IMG/VR virus record: IMGVR_UViG_3300025016_000004
Strand: one strand, 5' to 3'
From: a virus
Lineage: Duplodnaviria > Caudoviricetes
DNA length: 64,000 nt
The notes under the pieces were generated by a model. The model was not told the DNA's origin, searched no databases, and saw only the letters and a list, made by a program, of their open reading frames with translations. Shown here piece by piece: positions 1 to 8,939 of this stretch (the first letter of the stretch is position 1; every line of letters begins with the position of its first letter). The position numbers were made by a program, and so were the translations under genes.

Positions 1-374
1 TAATTTTTAAACCCTAATGCCAATGATTTTTCAGTTGGATGTTTAATAACTTCCCGCATATTGGAAATTCCAATAATATTACCTGTGGTTTTATTTATAT
101 AATATTTCATACCGTAAAGATAATAAACATCTTTATTTAAAAGTTCTATAAATTCAAATTTTTCATCACCCATACCATTATCAATTAGATAATCAGAAAT
201 TCCTTCAATGGAATTATCCTCATTAGATAATTCAACGTCAAATTGATGTTCAATTTCGGGGGCTCCATCCTTTATTACTGCTGAATAAGTGGAAACCGTT
301 TTATGTCCTGTGGTTTCTTCAAACCCATCAATGTCTTGTAGTTCTTTTTTAACTACATAATATAATTTTTTCAT
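1..374 (-). CDS. hypothetical protein, runs off the left edge of the window
   Basis: Hand translation from ATG at 374 (MKKLYYVVKKELQDIDGFEE...) stays open to base 1; not in the ORF track because it has no stop in the window. Confidence 0.5.
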   Translation of the reverse strand, partial: MKKLYYVVKKELQDIDGFEETTGHKTVSTYSAVIKDGAPEIEHQFDVELSNEDNSIEGISDYLIDNGMGDEKFEFIELLNKDVYYLYGMKYYINKTTGNIIGISNMREVIKHPTEKSLALGFKN

Positions 375-503
375 AACATTATAGTTTTATTAGTTAAACA
401 TAAGCAAATATAAAACAATATTTTGATATATCCTAATTATAATTAATCTATCTAATATAAAATTATTTTTACCTTATTCCCGTACACATTTGTGTATATG
501 ATT

Positions 504-785
504 CTAAGCCCAACCCTCTTTGACGATTGTAGGTCTATTATCAATGTATTTCCAATGTTCCCACCATTCACCCCATTGTCCTCGTTTTGAACGTACAACA
601 CACACCCCTTCATCACTAATATCATCCTTACATATTTCAGGTAGCTCTTTTTTAAGCTCCGCATATGTATTAAATTGCTTGGTGATATACTTTGATACTC
701 TTGGTTTAGTATATTGACTCGAATTAAGCCAATTACGTAAAGAGTTTGCTGTTAAGTATGATACTTGTGGTTTAAATCTACTCAT
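504..785 (-). CDS. hypothetical protein
   Basis: 93-aa ORF on the coding strand of the early cluster; its ATG overlaps the stop of the upstream small ORF. Confidence 0.6.
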   Translation of the reverse strand: MSRFKPQVSYLTANSLRNWLNSSQYTKPRVSKYITKQFNTYAELKKELPEICKDDISDEGVCVVRSKRGQWGEWWEHWKYIDNRPTIVKEGWA

Positions 786-885
786 CGATTTCTAAATTAT
801 GTTTTTTGATTACATGATTTTTAACCGCATCATAATCTGCTTGACTAGGTTTAAATTCTCTTAAATCTTTAAATGTTAAAGCCAT
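778..885 (-). CDS. small hypothetical protein (35 aa, MALTFKDLREFKPSQ...)
   Basis: Hand translation; directly downstream of TATCTTTG promoter (913-920) and AAAACAAAAC leader. Confidence 0.5.
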   Translation of the reverse strand: MALTFKDLREFKPSQADYDAVKNHVIKKHNLEIDE

Positions 886-977
886 AATATGATTGTTTTG
901 TTTTATTTAAGTCAAAGATACGAATAATAAATGAATCTACCAAATATAATTTAGTTAAAATGAAAATTAATATGGTT

Positions 978-1073
978 AAAAAAAAATAAAGTAGGTTGGA
1001 GTCGTTTTATGACGAACACGGGTACCGTGGAGTCTACTCTTCCTGATGCTTTTGACATCAACGCCCGTCTTCC
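978..1073 (-). ncRNA. candidate small RNA, copy 1 of GGGCG...GGAAGAGTAGACTCC..ACCTAC family
   Basis: Own promoter (1078-1085), no conserved ORF, hairpins TGATG/CATCA and CACGG/CCGTG, ends in T9. Confidence 0.55.
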
Positions 1074-1129
1074 ATAACAAAGATACAACAAAAAAATGAA
1101 CCCACCAAATAAATGATGGGTTATTTTAT

Positions 1130-1447
1130 CTAAAATGTAAAAACCTCATCTGATAATGAAAAACTAATAACACCATTTGTATTAACCCTACTTTTAATAA
1201 GACGTTTAATAGCACTTTGTAAACTAGCTATCGTTTTATATTTTTCAGAATTAACACCCTTATTAGTCCTAGTGTAAAGATTAGCACCAAATGAACTTAA
1301 TTTACAATCAACACCATGTCTATCTTTTAAAACAAGTGAAAATACATAAGGTTTATCTGATAAATGAACATTGATTTGGCTTTTTGCTTCATATAACTCA
1401 TTAAGTGTTATATTTAAGTCTTTGATGTTTTGAACTGTTGTTTCCAT
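1130..1447 (-). CDS. hypothetical protein, paralog of 4457..4774
   Basis: 105 aa; shares blocks HLSDK, CKLSSFGANL, TRTNKGVNSEKY, EVFTF with the paralog; promoter cassette upstream. Confidence 0.8.
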   Translation of the reverse strand: METTVQNIKDLNITLNELYEAKSQINVHLSDKPYVFSLVLKDRHGVDCKLSSFGANLYTRTNKGVNSEKYKTIASLQSAIKRLIKSRVNTNGVISFSLSDEVFTF

Positions 1448-1510
1448 GATTGTAATGTTTTGTTTTATTTAAATCAAAGATACAACAAATAAATGAAACC
1501 ACCAAATAAA

Positions 1511-1537
1511 AAAGCAACTATTTTCATAGTTGCCTTT
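1511..1537 (-). terminator. intrinsic terminator-like hairpin GCAACTA/TAGTTGC
   Basis: Stem followed by a T-run on minus; the same stem recurs at 7276-7294. Confidence 0.6.
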
Positions 1538-1564
1538 CCCTAAACAAAATACAATAATCACATA

Positions 1565-1852
1565 TTAATCTAAATCTATTTCACCATCAACAACTTTTTG
1601 CCAAAAGTTCTGACTGTTTTTAAATGTACCTTTTGTACCAGCTTTTAAAACATCTCTACTTGGTAATTGATTACCGTAATAATCAAATGTAAATTTCTTT
1701 GGTAACATACACGCACCACTTTCTAATAAATTCATTGCGTTTTTACCGACACTACCTTCAAATTTCCAAATCTGACCACTATTAATTTGTTCTTGTATTT
1801 CAGTATAACCATGAAGTTTCTGTAATTGTTTAATTTTGATAAATGTTAACAT
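1565..1852 (-). CDS. hypothetical protein
   Basis: 95-aa ORF with promoter cassette at 1874. Confidence 0.75.
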   Translation of the reverse strand: MLTFIKIKQLQKLHGYTEIQEQINSGQIWKFEGSVGKNAMNLLESGACMLPKKFTFDYYGNQLPSRDVLKAGTKGTFKNSQNFWQKVVDGEIDLD

Positions 1853-1905
1853 AATGTTTTGTTTTATTTAAATCAAAGATAAGACAAATAATTCAGACTA
1901 CCAAA

Positions 1906-2157
1906 TTATAAATGAGTTATATATCCACAGTCTAAACATTCAATATATGGTTTACCACCTTCTGTAACTGCTACACTTTCATTAGGTAATAACATCCAAC
2001 GAGGTTTATCATTACGGCAACCTGGGCATTCACCATTATTGTTACCTAAACGTTCTTTTAAAGTAGGCATATTTTTAGTTCCTACTAGGTGAGGGTAAAC
2101 GTCATTTAAGACGTTACCCTTAACCTTTTTAAGTATAGTTTTATAAAATGTAGCCAT
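1906..2157 (-). CDS. zinc-ribbon-like protein
   Basis: CPGC...CLDC motif pair; stop/start overlap with upstream gene. Confidence 0.65.
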   Translation of the reverse strand: MATFYKTILKKVKGNVLNDVYPHLVGTKNMPTLKERLGNNNGECPGCRNDKPRWMLLPNESVAVTEGGKPYIECLDCGYITHL

Positions 2158-2411
2158 TAGTCCAATAGTGTATAATATTCAGACGGATATAATTTTCTGA
2201 ATAATGTTAATGCTTGTTGCGTTTTTGTAAAGTGACTTAATGCTTCACACCCTTTTATGAAGTCGTGCAATGCAACACCTCTAGGTTCTAATTCACATGA
2301 TTCTTCAGAATATGGATTTGTAATTTTTTCTTTAACAGTTGAAGTTCTGTCATAACTCAATGAAGCGAATAAATCTTCATCTCTTTTGCTTAATTTTACT
2401 TTTATTGCCAT
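2157..2411 (-). CDS. hypothetical protein (start moved to MAIKVKL)
   Basis: ATG at 2411 follows promoter 2429 and AAAACAATC leader. Confidence 0.75.
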   Translation of the reverse strand: MAIKVKLSKRDEDLFASLSYDRTSTVKEKITNPYSEESCELEPRGVALHDFIKGCEALSHFTKTQQALTLFRKLYPSEYYTLLD

Positions 2412-2482
2412 GATTGTTTTATTTAAATCAAAGATACGAATAATAAATGTAACTACCAAATAAATTATGAATTTTATGTGGT

Positions 2483-2932
2483 TTAATTTTTGTTATTACT
2501 ATCTAACCTTTTTTGAATATGATTAAATATTTGCTCAATATCGGTAATTATTTCAGTTTTTAAGTTAAAACCGTGTGTATCATAACCACCTTTAGGGCCT
2601 ATTAATTCTCCTGTTTCAAATGAGATTACACCTTTGGTTAAATCTTCTGGAACGAATGTAACCGATGCAATGATTTCACCGTCTTTATCTTTACCAAACA
2701 TTGGTACTCTGTATTTCAAACCCATTGTAGCCATTCTTTCATCCCAAATTAAAAACGGAAATTTAATTTTAACAGCGTTCATTATTGGTTTTATTAAAAC
2801 GGAACCCCACCAAGCTTTATCCCTAATACACTCTATCTTATCTTCATGTCTTTCAATGATACGTTTTAAACGTGTAATTTCTTGTTGATGTTTAACATAG
2901 GTTAAACTTGATTGTGTTATGATATTATCCAT
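2483..2932 (-). CDS. hypothetical protein
   Basis: 149-aa ORF with promoter cassette at 2961. Confidence 0.75.
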   Translation of the reverse strand: MDNIITQSSLTYVKHQQEITRLKRIIERHEDKIECIRDKAWWGSVLIKPIMNAVKIKFPFLIWDERMATMGLKYRVPMFGKDKDGEIIASVTFVPEDLTKGVISFETGELIGPKGGYDTHGFNLKTEIITDIEQIFNHIQKRLDSNNKN

Positions 2933-3025
2933 GATTGTAATTGTTTTGTTTTATTTAAATCAAAGATACAACAAAAGAATGAACCCACCAAATAAATGAT
3001 GGATTATTTTTAATTTATTTTAAAA

Positions 3026-3745
3026 TTAATGTTTCATGATATAAACATCCTTTTTATTACCTCGCTTAATGCCATTACAAAGTCCACAGGCAATACACGT
3101 GAGGTTTTTTTGATTTTCTTTACTTGCGGGACAATTAACTGCATTAAGTACCTTAAAATCGCTTATTTTACTTTCAGCTACAAAGAAAGAACGAAAATTT
3201 AAAACATTTGCTTTTTTACGTTCTATTTCAGTATGTGTAGATGCCATTAAAAAATGATTATAAGTCTTAAATTGTGGTTTATTCCATTGGTGAGTATAAC
3301 CTGTTGTTTTATCGCTTAAATTACTTAAGGTTTTAACAACATTTAAGGGCATTAAAATTGGCTCGCCATACGCACCAAAACGAATTAAATCAATTTTATT
3401 AGTAAATTTAACTTTATTAATAAAGGCATTAAAATCATTTTCATTAAATTCCTTAATGGTATGTAATTTTTTATTTAGACTTCTTAACATAGAGTTTAAC
3501 CCTAAATTTTGTAACCCTTTATGTGTATAACAACCACCACTTTTACCGTTGTTTTGGTTATATGATAAAGGGCAATCTAAACAACTAACTTTATCATTTG
3601 TTAAACTCATTTCAATAACTTGGTTAATTGAAAAATGATACGTTTGCACAACATAACCAATACCAATTTTACTATTTTGTGAAACTTTTGCGTTTAATAC
3701 ATTAACACTATCTTTTAATCGGTAAATGTATTTAATATCTTTCAT
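3026..3745 (-). CDS. Cys-rich Fe-S/radical-SAM-like phage protein
   Basis: CLDCP...GGCY cluster, RFGAYGEP, GYTHQW, C-terminal CPAS...CIACGLC; start MKDIKY after promoter 3772. Confidence 0.55.
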   Translation of the reverse strand: MKDIKYIYRLKDSVNVLNAKVSQNSKIGIGYVVQTYHFSINQVIEMSLTNDKVSCLDCPLSYNQNNGKSGGCYTHKGLQNLGLNSMLRSLNKKLHTIKEFNENDFNAFINKVKFTNKIDLIRFGAYGEPILMPLNVVKTLSNLSDKTTGYTHQWNKPQFKTYNHFLMASTHTEIERKKANVLNFRSFFVAESKISDFKVLNAVNCPASKENQKNLTCIACGLCNGIKRGNKKDVYIMKH

Positions 3746-3842
3746 TCTAATGTGATTTGTTTTATTCCATACAAATGTAAACATTATAAATGAATTTACC
3801 AAATTTATTTTAAATAAAATGAAAATTTAACATTTAATATAT

Positions 3843-3899
3843 AAAAAAATAAAGGTAGATTGGAGTCTACTTCTCATCTTTTCTCGATTGCTTTTTGAT
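3843..3899 (-). ncRNA. candidate small RNA, copy 2 (divergent)
   Basis: TATCTTTA promoter 3904-3911; core GAAGTAGACTCCAATCTACC then T-run; no ORF. Confidence 0.45.
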
Positions 3900-3954
3900 A
3901 TAGTAAAGATACAAAAAATAAATGAATCTACCAAATTTAATTAAAATAAATTAT

Positions 3955-4010
3955 AAAAAAATATAAGGTAGGCTAGAGTTTACTCTTCCACCCGTTAGGC
4001 TCGCCCTTCG
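3955..4010 (-). ncRNA. candidate small RNA, copy 3
   Basis: Promoter 4014-4021; GGGCG, short hairpin, GGAAGAGTAAACTCTAGCCTACC, T-run. Confidence 0.5.
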
Positions 4011-4065
4011 GTACAAAGATAAGAAAAAAAATAACCCCGCCAAATAAATGGTGAGGTTTTTTAAA

Positions 4066-4380
4066 TTAATTTAATCTAATATTGTCAATTTCATCTTTAC
4101 CAATATATTGATTAGAACCACCTGTCCAATCTTTATAATGTTTTGTTGTTCTAAATAACAATTTATCATAATCAAAGTGTCGAGTGTCTGAACAACTCAT
4201 ATAATAAGTTTGACCACTTGGTGAAGTGAATAAAATTGTGAAATAATAGAATCCATAAGACTTATCAATATCGGTACAACCTTTAGCAATTAGTAACTTA
4301 CCAATACGATTCATTTCTTTTTTAGCCCATGACTTCCATGTGTTTGATAAGTCTGAACCAGAATAATTTTTACGTGCCAT
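4066..4380 (-). CDS. hypothetical phage protein (YMSCSDTR...FRT..KDWTGGSN)
   Basis: 104-aa ORF with promoter cassette at 4405. Confidence 0.75.
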   Translation of the reverse strand: MARKNYSGSDLSNTWKSWAKKEMNRIGKLLIAKGCTDIDKSYGFYYFTILFTSPSGQTYYMSCSDTRHFDYDKLLFRTTKHYKDWTGGSNQYIGKDEIDNIRLN

Positions 4381-4456
4381 GATTATTTTGTTTTAATTAT
4401 AATTCAAAGATACAACAAATAAATGAAACCACCAAATTAATGGTGGTTTATTTTAT

Positions 4457-4774
4457 CTAAAATGTAAAAACCTCATTAGATAAGGAAAATGTGATTTCCC
4501 CATTACTATCAACTTTATTTTTAATTTCACGTTTAAGAGCGGTTTGTAATGCCCCTAATGAACTGTATTTTTCTGAATTAACACCCTTGTTAGTTCTAGT
4601 CCAAAGGTTAGCACCAAAGGAACTCAATTTACAATTAACTCCACGCCTATCTTTTAATATTACAGAAAAAACAAATGATTTATCTGATAAGTGTAAATTA
4701 ATTTGTTTCTTACCCTCATATAAATCTTCAAGTGAAATATTTAAGGCTCTAAGGTTATTTACTGTATTTTCCAT
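4457..4774 (-). CDS. hypothetical protein, paralog of 1130..1447
   Basis: 105 aa, colinear with paralog; promoter cassette at 4797. Confidence 0.8.
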   Translation of the reverse strand: MENTVNNLRALNISLEDLYEGKKQINLHLSDKSFVFSVILKDRRGVNCKLSSFGANLWTRTNKGVNSEKYSSLGALQTALKREIKNKVDSNGEITFSLSNEVFTF

Positions 4775-4921
4775 GATTGTTTTGTTTTATTTAATTCAAA
4801 GATACAACAAATAATCCACACTACCAAATATTATTGCATAAAAAAGGTGGAAAATCACCCCCACCTTTACAAAACAAAACATAATCACACCCCTCTTTGA
4901 AGTATTTGATGAGGGGAACGC

Positions 4922-5148
4922 TTATTCTTTCAGGGATTTAAACACCCTTTTACCATTTTCAGTTAGTCTGTACCAATTCAGTACTCGTCCAGTTTCATTG
5001 GTACTGCAAACCAATATATTTTTTTGGATTAATGATTTAACCTCACTTGGAAATGCTAACATCAATAACCGTGTATCTAAATCTCCTTTGTGAAATTCAT
5101 TTAACCGTCTTCTTTTAAAACTTCTTTTTCGTTGCTAGTAAATTTCAT
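4922..5148 (-). CDS. winged-helix-like protein split by a -1 frame change near 5113-5119
   Basis: MKFTSNEKEVLK in frame 0 stops after 15 aa; the -1 frame continues RRLNEF...WYRLTENGKRVFKSLKE*; T TTA AAA heptamer at the junction. Confidence 0.45.
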
Positions 5149-5309
5149 TAATATCGTTTTTTATGTTTAGACTTTCGACTATATGATTTTTCCGATTGAT
5201 GAACTTTTTCTTTTGCTGGCCAACCACCATTTTTTTCAAGTTCCATCTCACGGGATGCTTTACGCATCGCAATGTATTGTTGCTCTTTGGTTATTACTCC
5301 GATTTTCAT
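5148..5309 (-). CDS. small basic protein (53 aa, MKIGVITKEQQYIAMRKASREMELE...)
   Basis: Hand translation; promoter 5331 with AACAAAACAAATCACA leader; TAATG overlap with next gene. Confidence 0.7.
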   Translation of the reverse strand: MKIGVITKEQQYIAMRKASREMELEKNGGWPAKEKVHQSEKSYSRKSKHKKRY

Positions 5310-5363
5310 TGTGATTTGTTTTGTTCTCTACAAAGATAAAACAAATAAATGAACTATGCAACT

Positions 5364-5609
5364 TTATTTTAATAATTCAGGTCTTAATCTTTTTATTGAT
5401 TTTACATCAGCTTTTGTCAAGTTACTATTTTTCTTATTAAAACAACAGTTACCAAACATATCAGTTCTATACTCGTTGTTACCATGACATTGAATTATAA
5501 CACCTATTTCCCCATTTTGCTTTACAACTTCACCTAATATAAACTTATCCTTTTTACTTGGATTATTTTCATATTCAAATAACCTATATTCATTATGATT
5601 AACTACCAT
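5364..5609 (-). CDS. hypothetical protein
   Basis: 81-aa ORF coupled to the upstream stop. Confidence 0.6.
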   Translation of the reverse strand: MVVNHNEYRLFEYENNPSKKDKFILGEVVKQNGEIGVIIQCHGNNEYRTDMFGNCCFNKKNSNLTKADVKSIKRLRPELLK

Positions 5610-5836
5610 TACACGAATCTATTTATATCGTTACCCACTAATTCTTTACATCTTTGGCCAAAATCAAAATCATCCATTAACATTAAGTTATCTTTAGTTT
5701 CCTTATCAAACCAAAATGATACACCCTCACCTTTAGTGTTTTCTAAAAGAATGCCATTTGTTACATTATATAACCCTTTAGCCATACCGTCACCTTCATT
5801 TAATTTGAATTGTCCTATTTGTCTTAATACTTTCAT
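5609..5836 (-). CDS. hypothetical protein (start MKVLRQIG)
   Basis: ATG at 5836 after promoter 5861. Confidence 0.7.
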   Translation of the reverse strand: MKVLRQIGQFKLNEGDGMAKGLYNVTNGILLENTKGEGVSFWFDKETKDNLMLMDDFDFGQRCKELVGNDINRFV

Positions 5837-5884
5837 AATCTTGATTTGTTTTGTTCTATACAAAGATACAACTAATAAATGAAA

Positions 5885-6082
5885 CTACCTAATATATTTA
5901 AATGTTTTTTCAAATGTTTTACCATCGAATACCACACCATATACTAATATCTCTCTATCACCCTCATTCGATAGCTCTATTGAACGATATTCCTTGTTAG
6001 GCTCAAAGGTATCGGTTTTCGTTTTAAGAGGTTCTGAACCTCTTAAAACTACTAACCCATGTTTTCTTATTGTTTCACTCAT
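5885..6082 (-). CDS. hypothetical protein
   Basis: 65 aa, ATGA overlap with 6079..6309. Confidence 0.6.
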   Translation of the reverse strand: MSETIRKHGLVVLRGSEPLKTKTDTFEPNKEYRSIELSNEGDREILVYGVVFDGKTFEKTFKYIR

Positions 6083-6309
6083 GATTGAATAGAATCTTTA
6101 AGTTGTTTTTGTGTTGGTGCTTTCCAATTAAGGATTTGACCTGTTTTCACATCAATATCAAATTCGATATAATCCCCATAATGTTCTTCTGGAAAATAAT
6201 CTGGTACATAATTATCTCTCTCCCCAACTTTTACATTTTTTTCATCAAGAAAAGTTATGTGACATAAGTCAGATGTTTTACCACAAAGTTTAATTGTTTT
6301 AATCGCCAT
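6079..6309 (-). CDS. hypothetical phage protein (YVPDYFPEEHYGDYIEFDID..TGQILNW)
   Basis: 76-aa ORF with promoter cassette at 6334. Confidence 0.75.
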   Translation of the reverse strand: MAIKTIKLCGKTSDLCHITFLDEKNVKVGERDNYVPDYFPEEHYGDYIEFDIDVKTGQILNWKAPTQKQLKDSIQS

Positions 6310-6361
6310 GATTGTTTTGTTTTATGTTCTATACAAAGATAAGAATAATATTCGATATAAC

Positions 6362-6754
6362 CTAATTATTGTTAACTTTTATTTCAATATTCCAATTAAG
6401 TTTTTTAATTCCTATGCTAAATATATAAACCGTATAAACAAAATTAGACCACTCAAATTTTAAATAAAATGCAAACCATGTCCATGATAAAAACGTTAGT
6501 GTTAAACTCCTAGACGTTGGTTTACTTGCTGGAATAGTAACGTTATGCCACCCTGTTGCACCACCTCTCGGACCTCTTTTTTGAACCGATTTACTATAAG
6601 GTTTTTTAACCCCATTGGTATAATACCAAATGTCAATTATATAACGCTTAATATACTCGTTAATATACTTCCAAAATGATGCTTTGTAATCTTTACGGTA
6701 TCCAAATTGATTATTAAAGAATATTTGATACCAAGTTAATTTTATTGCTTCCAT
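6362..6754 (-). CDS. hypothetical protein
   Basis: 130-aa ORF in operon-like run. Confidence 0.6.
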   Translation of the reverse strand: MEAIKLTWYQIFFNNQFGYRKDYKASFWKYINEYIKRYIIDIWYYTNGVKKPYSKSVQKRGPRGGATGWHNVTIPASKPTSRSLTLTFLSWTWFAFYLKFEWSNFVYTVYIFSIGIKKLNWNIEIKVNNN

Positions 6755-6759
6755 AATTG

Positions 6760-7041
6760 TTATTGTCTTGTTATATCAAAGGTACGAAATCTTTTTGATT
6801 TAACCAAATCTAAATCTACTTTTTTTAACCATTGAGCTGTGGTTCTTGTGAACACATCACCACATTTACCATTTGAATCAATTGTGACCAACTCATGAAA
6901 AATCCTATCATCATCATCTCGCCAACCCATTTTTAATTCAACTTGAGTTCCAATTCGATTAACCTTGCCATATACTGGCTCTCTATCCTTCTCTTCAGGA
7001 TATGGGTTAAACTCTACAATATCTCCTATTTTAATTCTCAT
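6760..7041 (-). CDS. hypothetical SH3-like protein
   Basis: Starts MRIKIGDIVEF, a KOW/SH3-like pattern. Confidence 0.55.
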   Translation of the reverse strand: MRIKIGDIVEFNPYPEEKDREPVYGKVNRIGTQVELKMGWRDDDDRIFHELVTIDSNGKCGDVFTRTTAQWLKKVDLDLVKSKRFRTFDITRQ

Positions 7042-7214
7042 GATATTAATTCGATTTTACCATTAAACATTCTAGCTTTTTTAATAGCTTCACCTCTTGT
7101 ATATTCCATAATTTCACCATTACCAAATGCATTACCTAAATAACCCTCAATGATTTGGCTGGGTTTTGCGTTATGAGTTTCATTTAATTTAACTCTATAA
7201 TAATTTGTTTTCAT
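7038..7214 (-). CDS. small hypothetical protein (58 aa, MKTNYYRVKLNE...)
   Basis: Hand translation; promoter 7237; ATGA overlap with next gene. Confidence 0.65.
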   Translation of the reverse strand: MKTNYYRVKLNETHNAKPSQIIEGYLGNAFGNGEIMEYTRGEAIKKARMFNGKIELIS

Positions 7215-7347
7215 GATTGTTTTGTTTTATTTAAATCAAAGATACAACAATTATTCGATACTACCAAATAAAAAAGCAACTAGAAATAGTTGCTTTTAAA
7301 AAGCGATGTTGCCATCCCCACTCCACGCAATTATACTTTTTGAAAGT

Positions 7348-7440
7348 TTAGTGTTTCCACGCTTGGTTAACTGTTCCCATTTCCCAACCTGTGAAAATAT
7401 CTTTGATTTTTCTTGCTACCGCTTTTAGTATTCGTTTCAT
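7348..7440 (-). CDS. very small protein (30 aa, MKRILKAVARKIKDIFTGWE...)
   Basis: Hand translation; directly after promoter 7461. Confidence 0.4.
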   Translation of the reverse strand: MKRILKAVARKIKDIFTGWEMGTVNQAWKH

Positions 7441-7499
7441 ATGTAAGGGATTAATTACCCCAAAGATACAACATTATTTTGAGATATGCAAATAAAATC

Positions 7500-7808
7500 T
7501 TATTTCTTTCTATCTGCGAAAATTTTATCTAATCTTTTTTGACCTTCAATCTGCGCATTAACTTCCTTTGCAGTCATTAAATGTGCGTATGGAAATCGAT
7601 ACGCATCACCCAATGGTAAATGAATTAACCCTAACGGTCGCATTTGCAATACCATATATTCAGCATAACCATCTGCCACTGGAAATCTAATAATCTCACC
7701 TGAATTCTTTCCTGTGTAACCCTTTGATTTGATGTACTTTCTTAAGGCTTCCTTAAAATCTTCTTCATCTTTAAACCATTTATCACGGTTAAAGTTAGCG
7801 AAATCCAT
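7500..7808 (-). CDS. conserved phage-type protein (GEIIRFPVADGYAEYMV...LIHLPLGDAY)
   Basis: 102-aa ORF after promoter 7865. Confidence 0.75.
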   Translation of the reverse strand: MDFANFNRDKWFKDEEDFKEALRKYIKSKGYTGKNSGEIIRFPVADGYAEYMVLQMRPLGLIHLPLGDAYRFPYAHLMTAKEVNAQIEGQKRLDKIFADRKK

Positions 7809-7896
7809 CTTTGGTAATTTAACGCTTTTTGGTACTCCATAAATGTTTTTGTTTTTCGTTTATACAAAGATAATAATAATATTTGAATTATGCAAA

Positions 7897-8148
7897 TTAA
7901 GGTAATTTATACGCTATCTTAAAAAATACTACATTACCATTAACGTTTAATGAATATAAACGCATATGTTTTCCAATTCCACCAATTGGATTTAATTTAT
8001 TTAAACGTGATTGTGACTTCTCATTAAATACAGGATTATCATTGATAACCCTCGCTTTATTCCCGATGACTTCAAGACTGTATCTTTTTGGATAAGACGT
8101 CTTAAAATTAAAATCTTTGTAAATAATGATGTTTCTGAATGTTTTCAT
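7897..8148 (-). CDS. hypothetical protein (start MKTFRNII)
   Basis: ATG at 8148 after promoter 8171. Confidence 0.65.
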   Translation of the reverse strand: MKTFRNIIIYKDFNFKTSYPKRYSLEVIGNKARVINDNPVFNEKSQSRLNKLNPIGGIGKHMRLYSLNVNGNVVFFKIAYKLP

Positions 8149-8370
8149 GATTGAATTATCTTGTTCTCTACAAAGATACAAAATTATTAGATAACACAAA
8201 TGTGTACAGAGATTTGGATAATTTAAAAATTGTCCTTATCTTTGTAAATAATGATGTTTCTGAATGTTTTCATGATTGAATTATCTTGTTCTCTACAAAG
8301 ATACAAAATTATTAGATAACACAAATGTGTACAGAGATTTGGATAATTTAAAAATTGTCCTTATCTTTGT
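8113..8370. repeat. exact 125-bp tandem duplication bounded by ATCTTTGT microhomology
   Basis: ATCTTTGT at 8113, 8238, 8363; the two units are identical. Confidence 0.95.
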
Positions 8371-8553
8371 TTTAAATAAAAAATAACCATTTAAAAAATA
8401 TTCATCTGTGTAATCTAATCCAGCTCTTTGCCAAATAAATGTAACCCACGCTTTTGATACACCTAAAACCCTTGCCGTACTTACATTGGTCATCTTACCA
8501 AAACAACTTAAAATTTGTTTTGTCTTACGACTCCTATAATCTATACTAGGCAT
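8293..8553 (-). pseudogene. HTH-like protein whose C-terminus is replaced by inverted-repeat sequence
   Basis: NVSTARVLGVSKAWVTFIW helix-turn-helix pattern; from base 8386 it reads through the repeat (YFLFKTKIRTIF..., also seen in spurious ORF 9465..9647). Confidence 0.55.
8299..8386 (+). repeat. 88-bp perfect inverted repeat, left arm (right arm 9548..9635)
   Basis: Base-by-base reverse-complement identity. Confidence 0.95.
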
Positions 8554-8747
8554 TAATCTTTGGTTATTGTTTGTGAATACTCTAAGTCAATTGTAGTATC
8601 TTTATGTTGCATACCAGCAAAGCGATTCTGTCTATGCGTTTCAACCACTTGGTGACTTCCTTGTGGCTTCCAACCTTGCTCAATGTGGTCTTGAATTGTA
8701 GCACTCAAACCACTTGCACTTCGACTTGTTAATATCTTATATTGCAT
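8553..8747 (-). CDS. DUF1737-like protein
   Basis: YKIL...L...IQ..IEQGWKPQG...YSQ pattern; similar to 13694..13885. Confidence 0.6.
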   Translation of the reverse strand: MQYKILTSRSASGLSATIQDHIEQGWKPQGSHQVVETHRQNRFAGMQHKDTTIDLEYSQTITKD

Positions 8748-8752
8748 GGTTT

Positions 8753-8899
8753 TTAATTTAAGTAAATTGTAACGTGTTCAACTCTAATGATATTAGGGTT
8801 TTGATAACTTGGACAAGACATTAAACCTCTCATGATAGCATTACATTCTTGTATCATAATACTTCTTTGTTCGTCTTTGTAAAGTTCTTGTTCGCTCAT
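8753..8899 (-). CDS. small hypothetical protein (start MSEQELYK)
   Basis: ATG at 8899 after promoter 8927. Confidence 0.55.
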   Translation of the reverse strand: MSEQELYKDEQRSIMIQECNAIMRGLMSCPSYQNPNIIRVEHVTIYLN

Positions 8900-8939
8900 G
8901 ATTTCTTTTGTTTTGTTTGTTCTATTCAAAGATACAACA

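Noticed and set aside
3854-3870. GTAGA...TCTAC stem resembling a Cas12a crRNA repeat (RNA anti-CRISPR idea)
   Set aside because: Cas12a repeats have TCTAC before GTAGA with an AATT 5' handle; the order here is reversed on both strands and the other copies do not keep it
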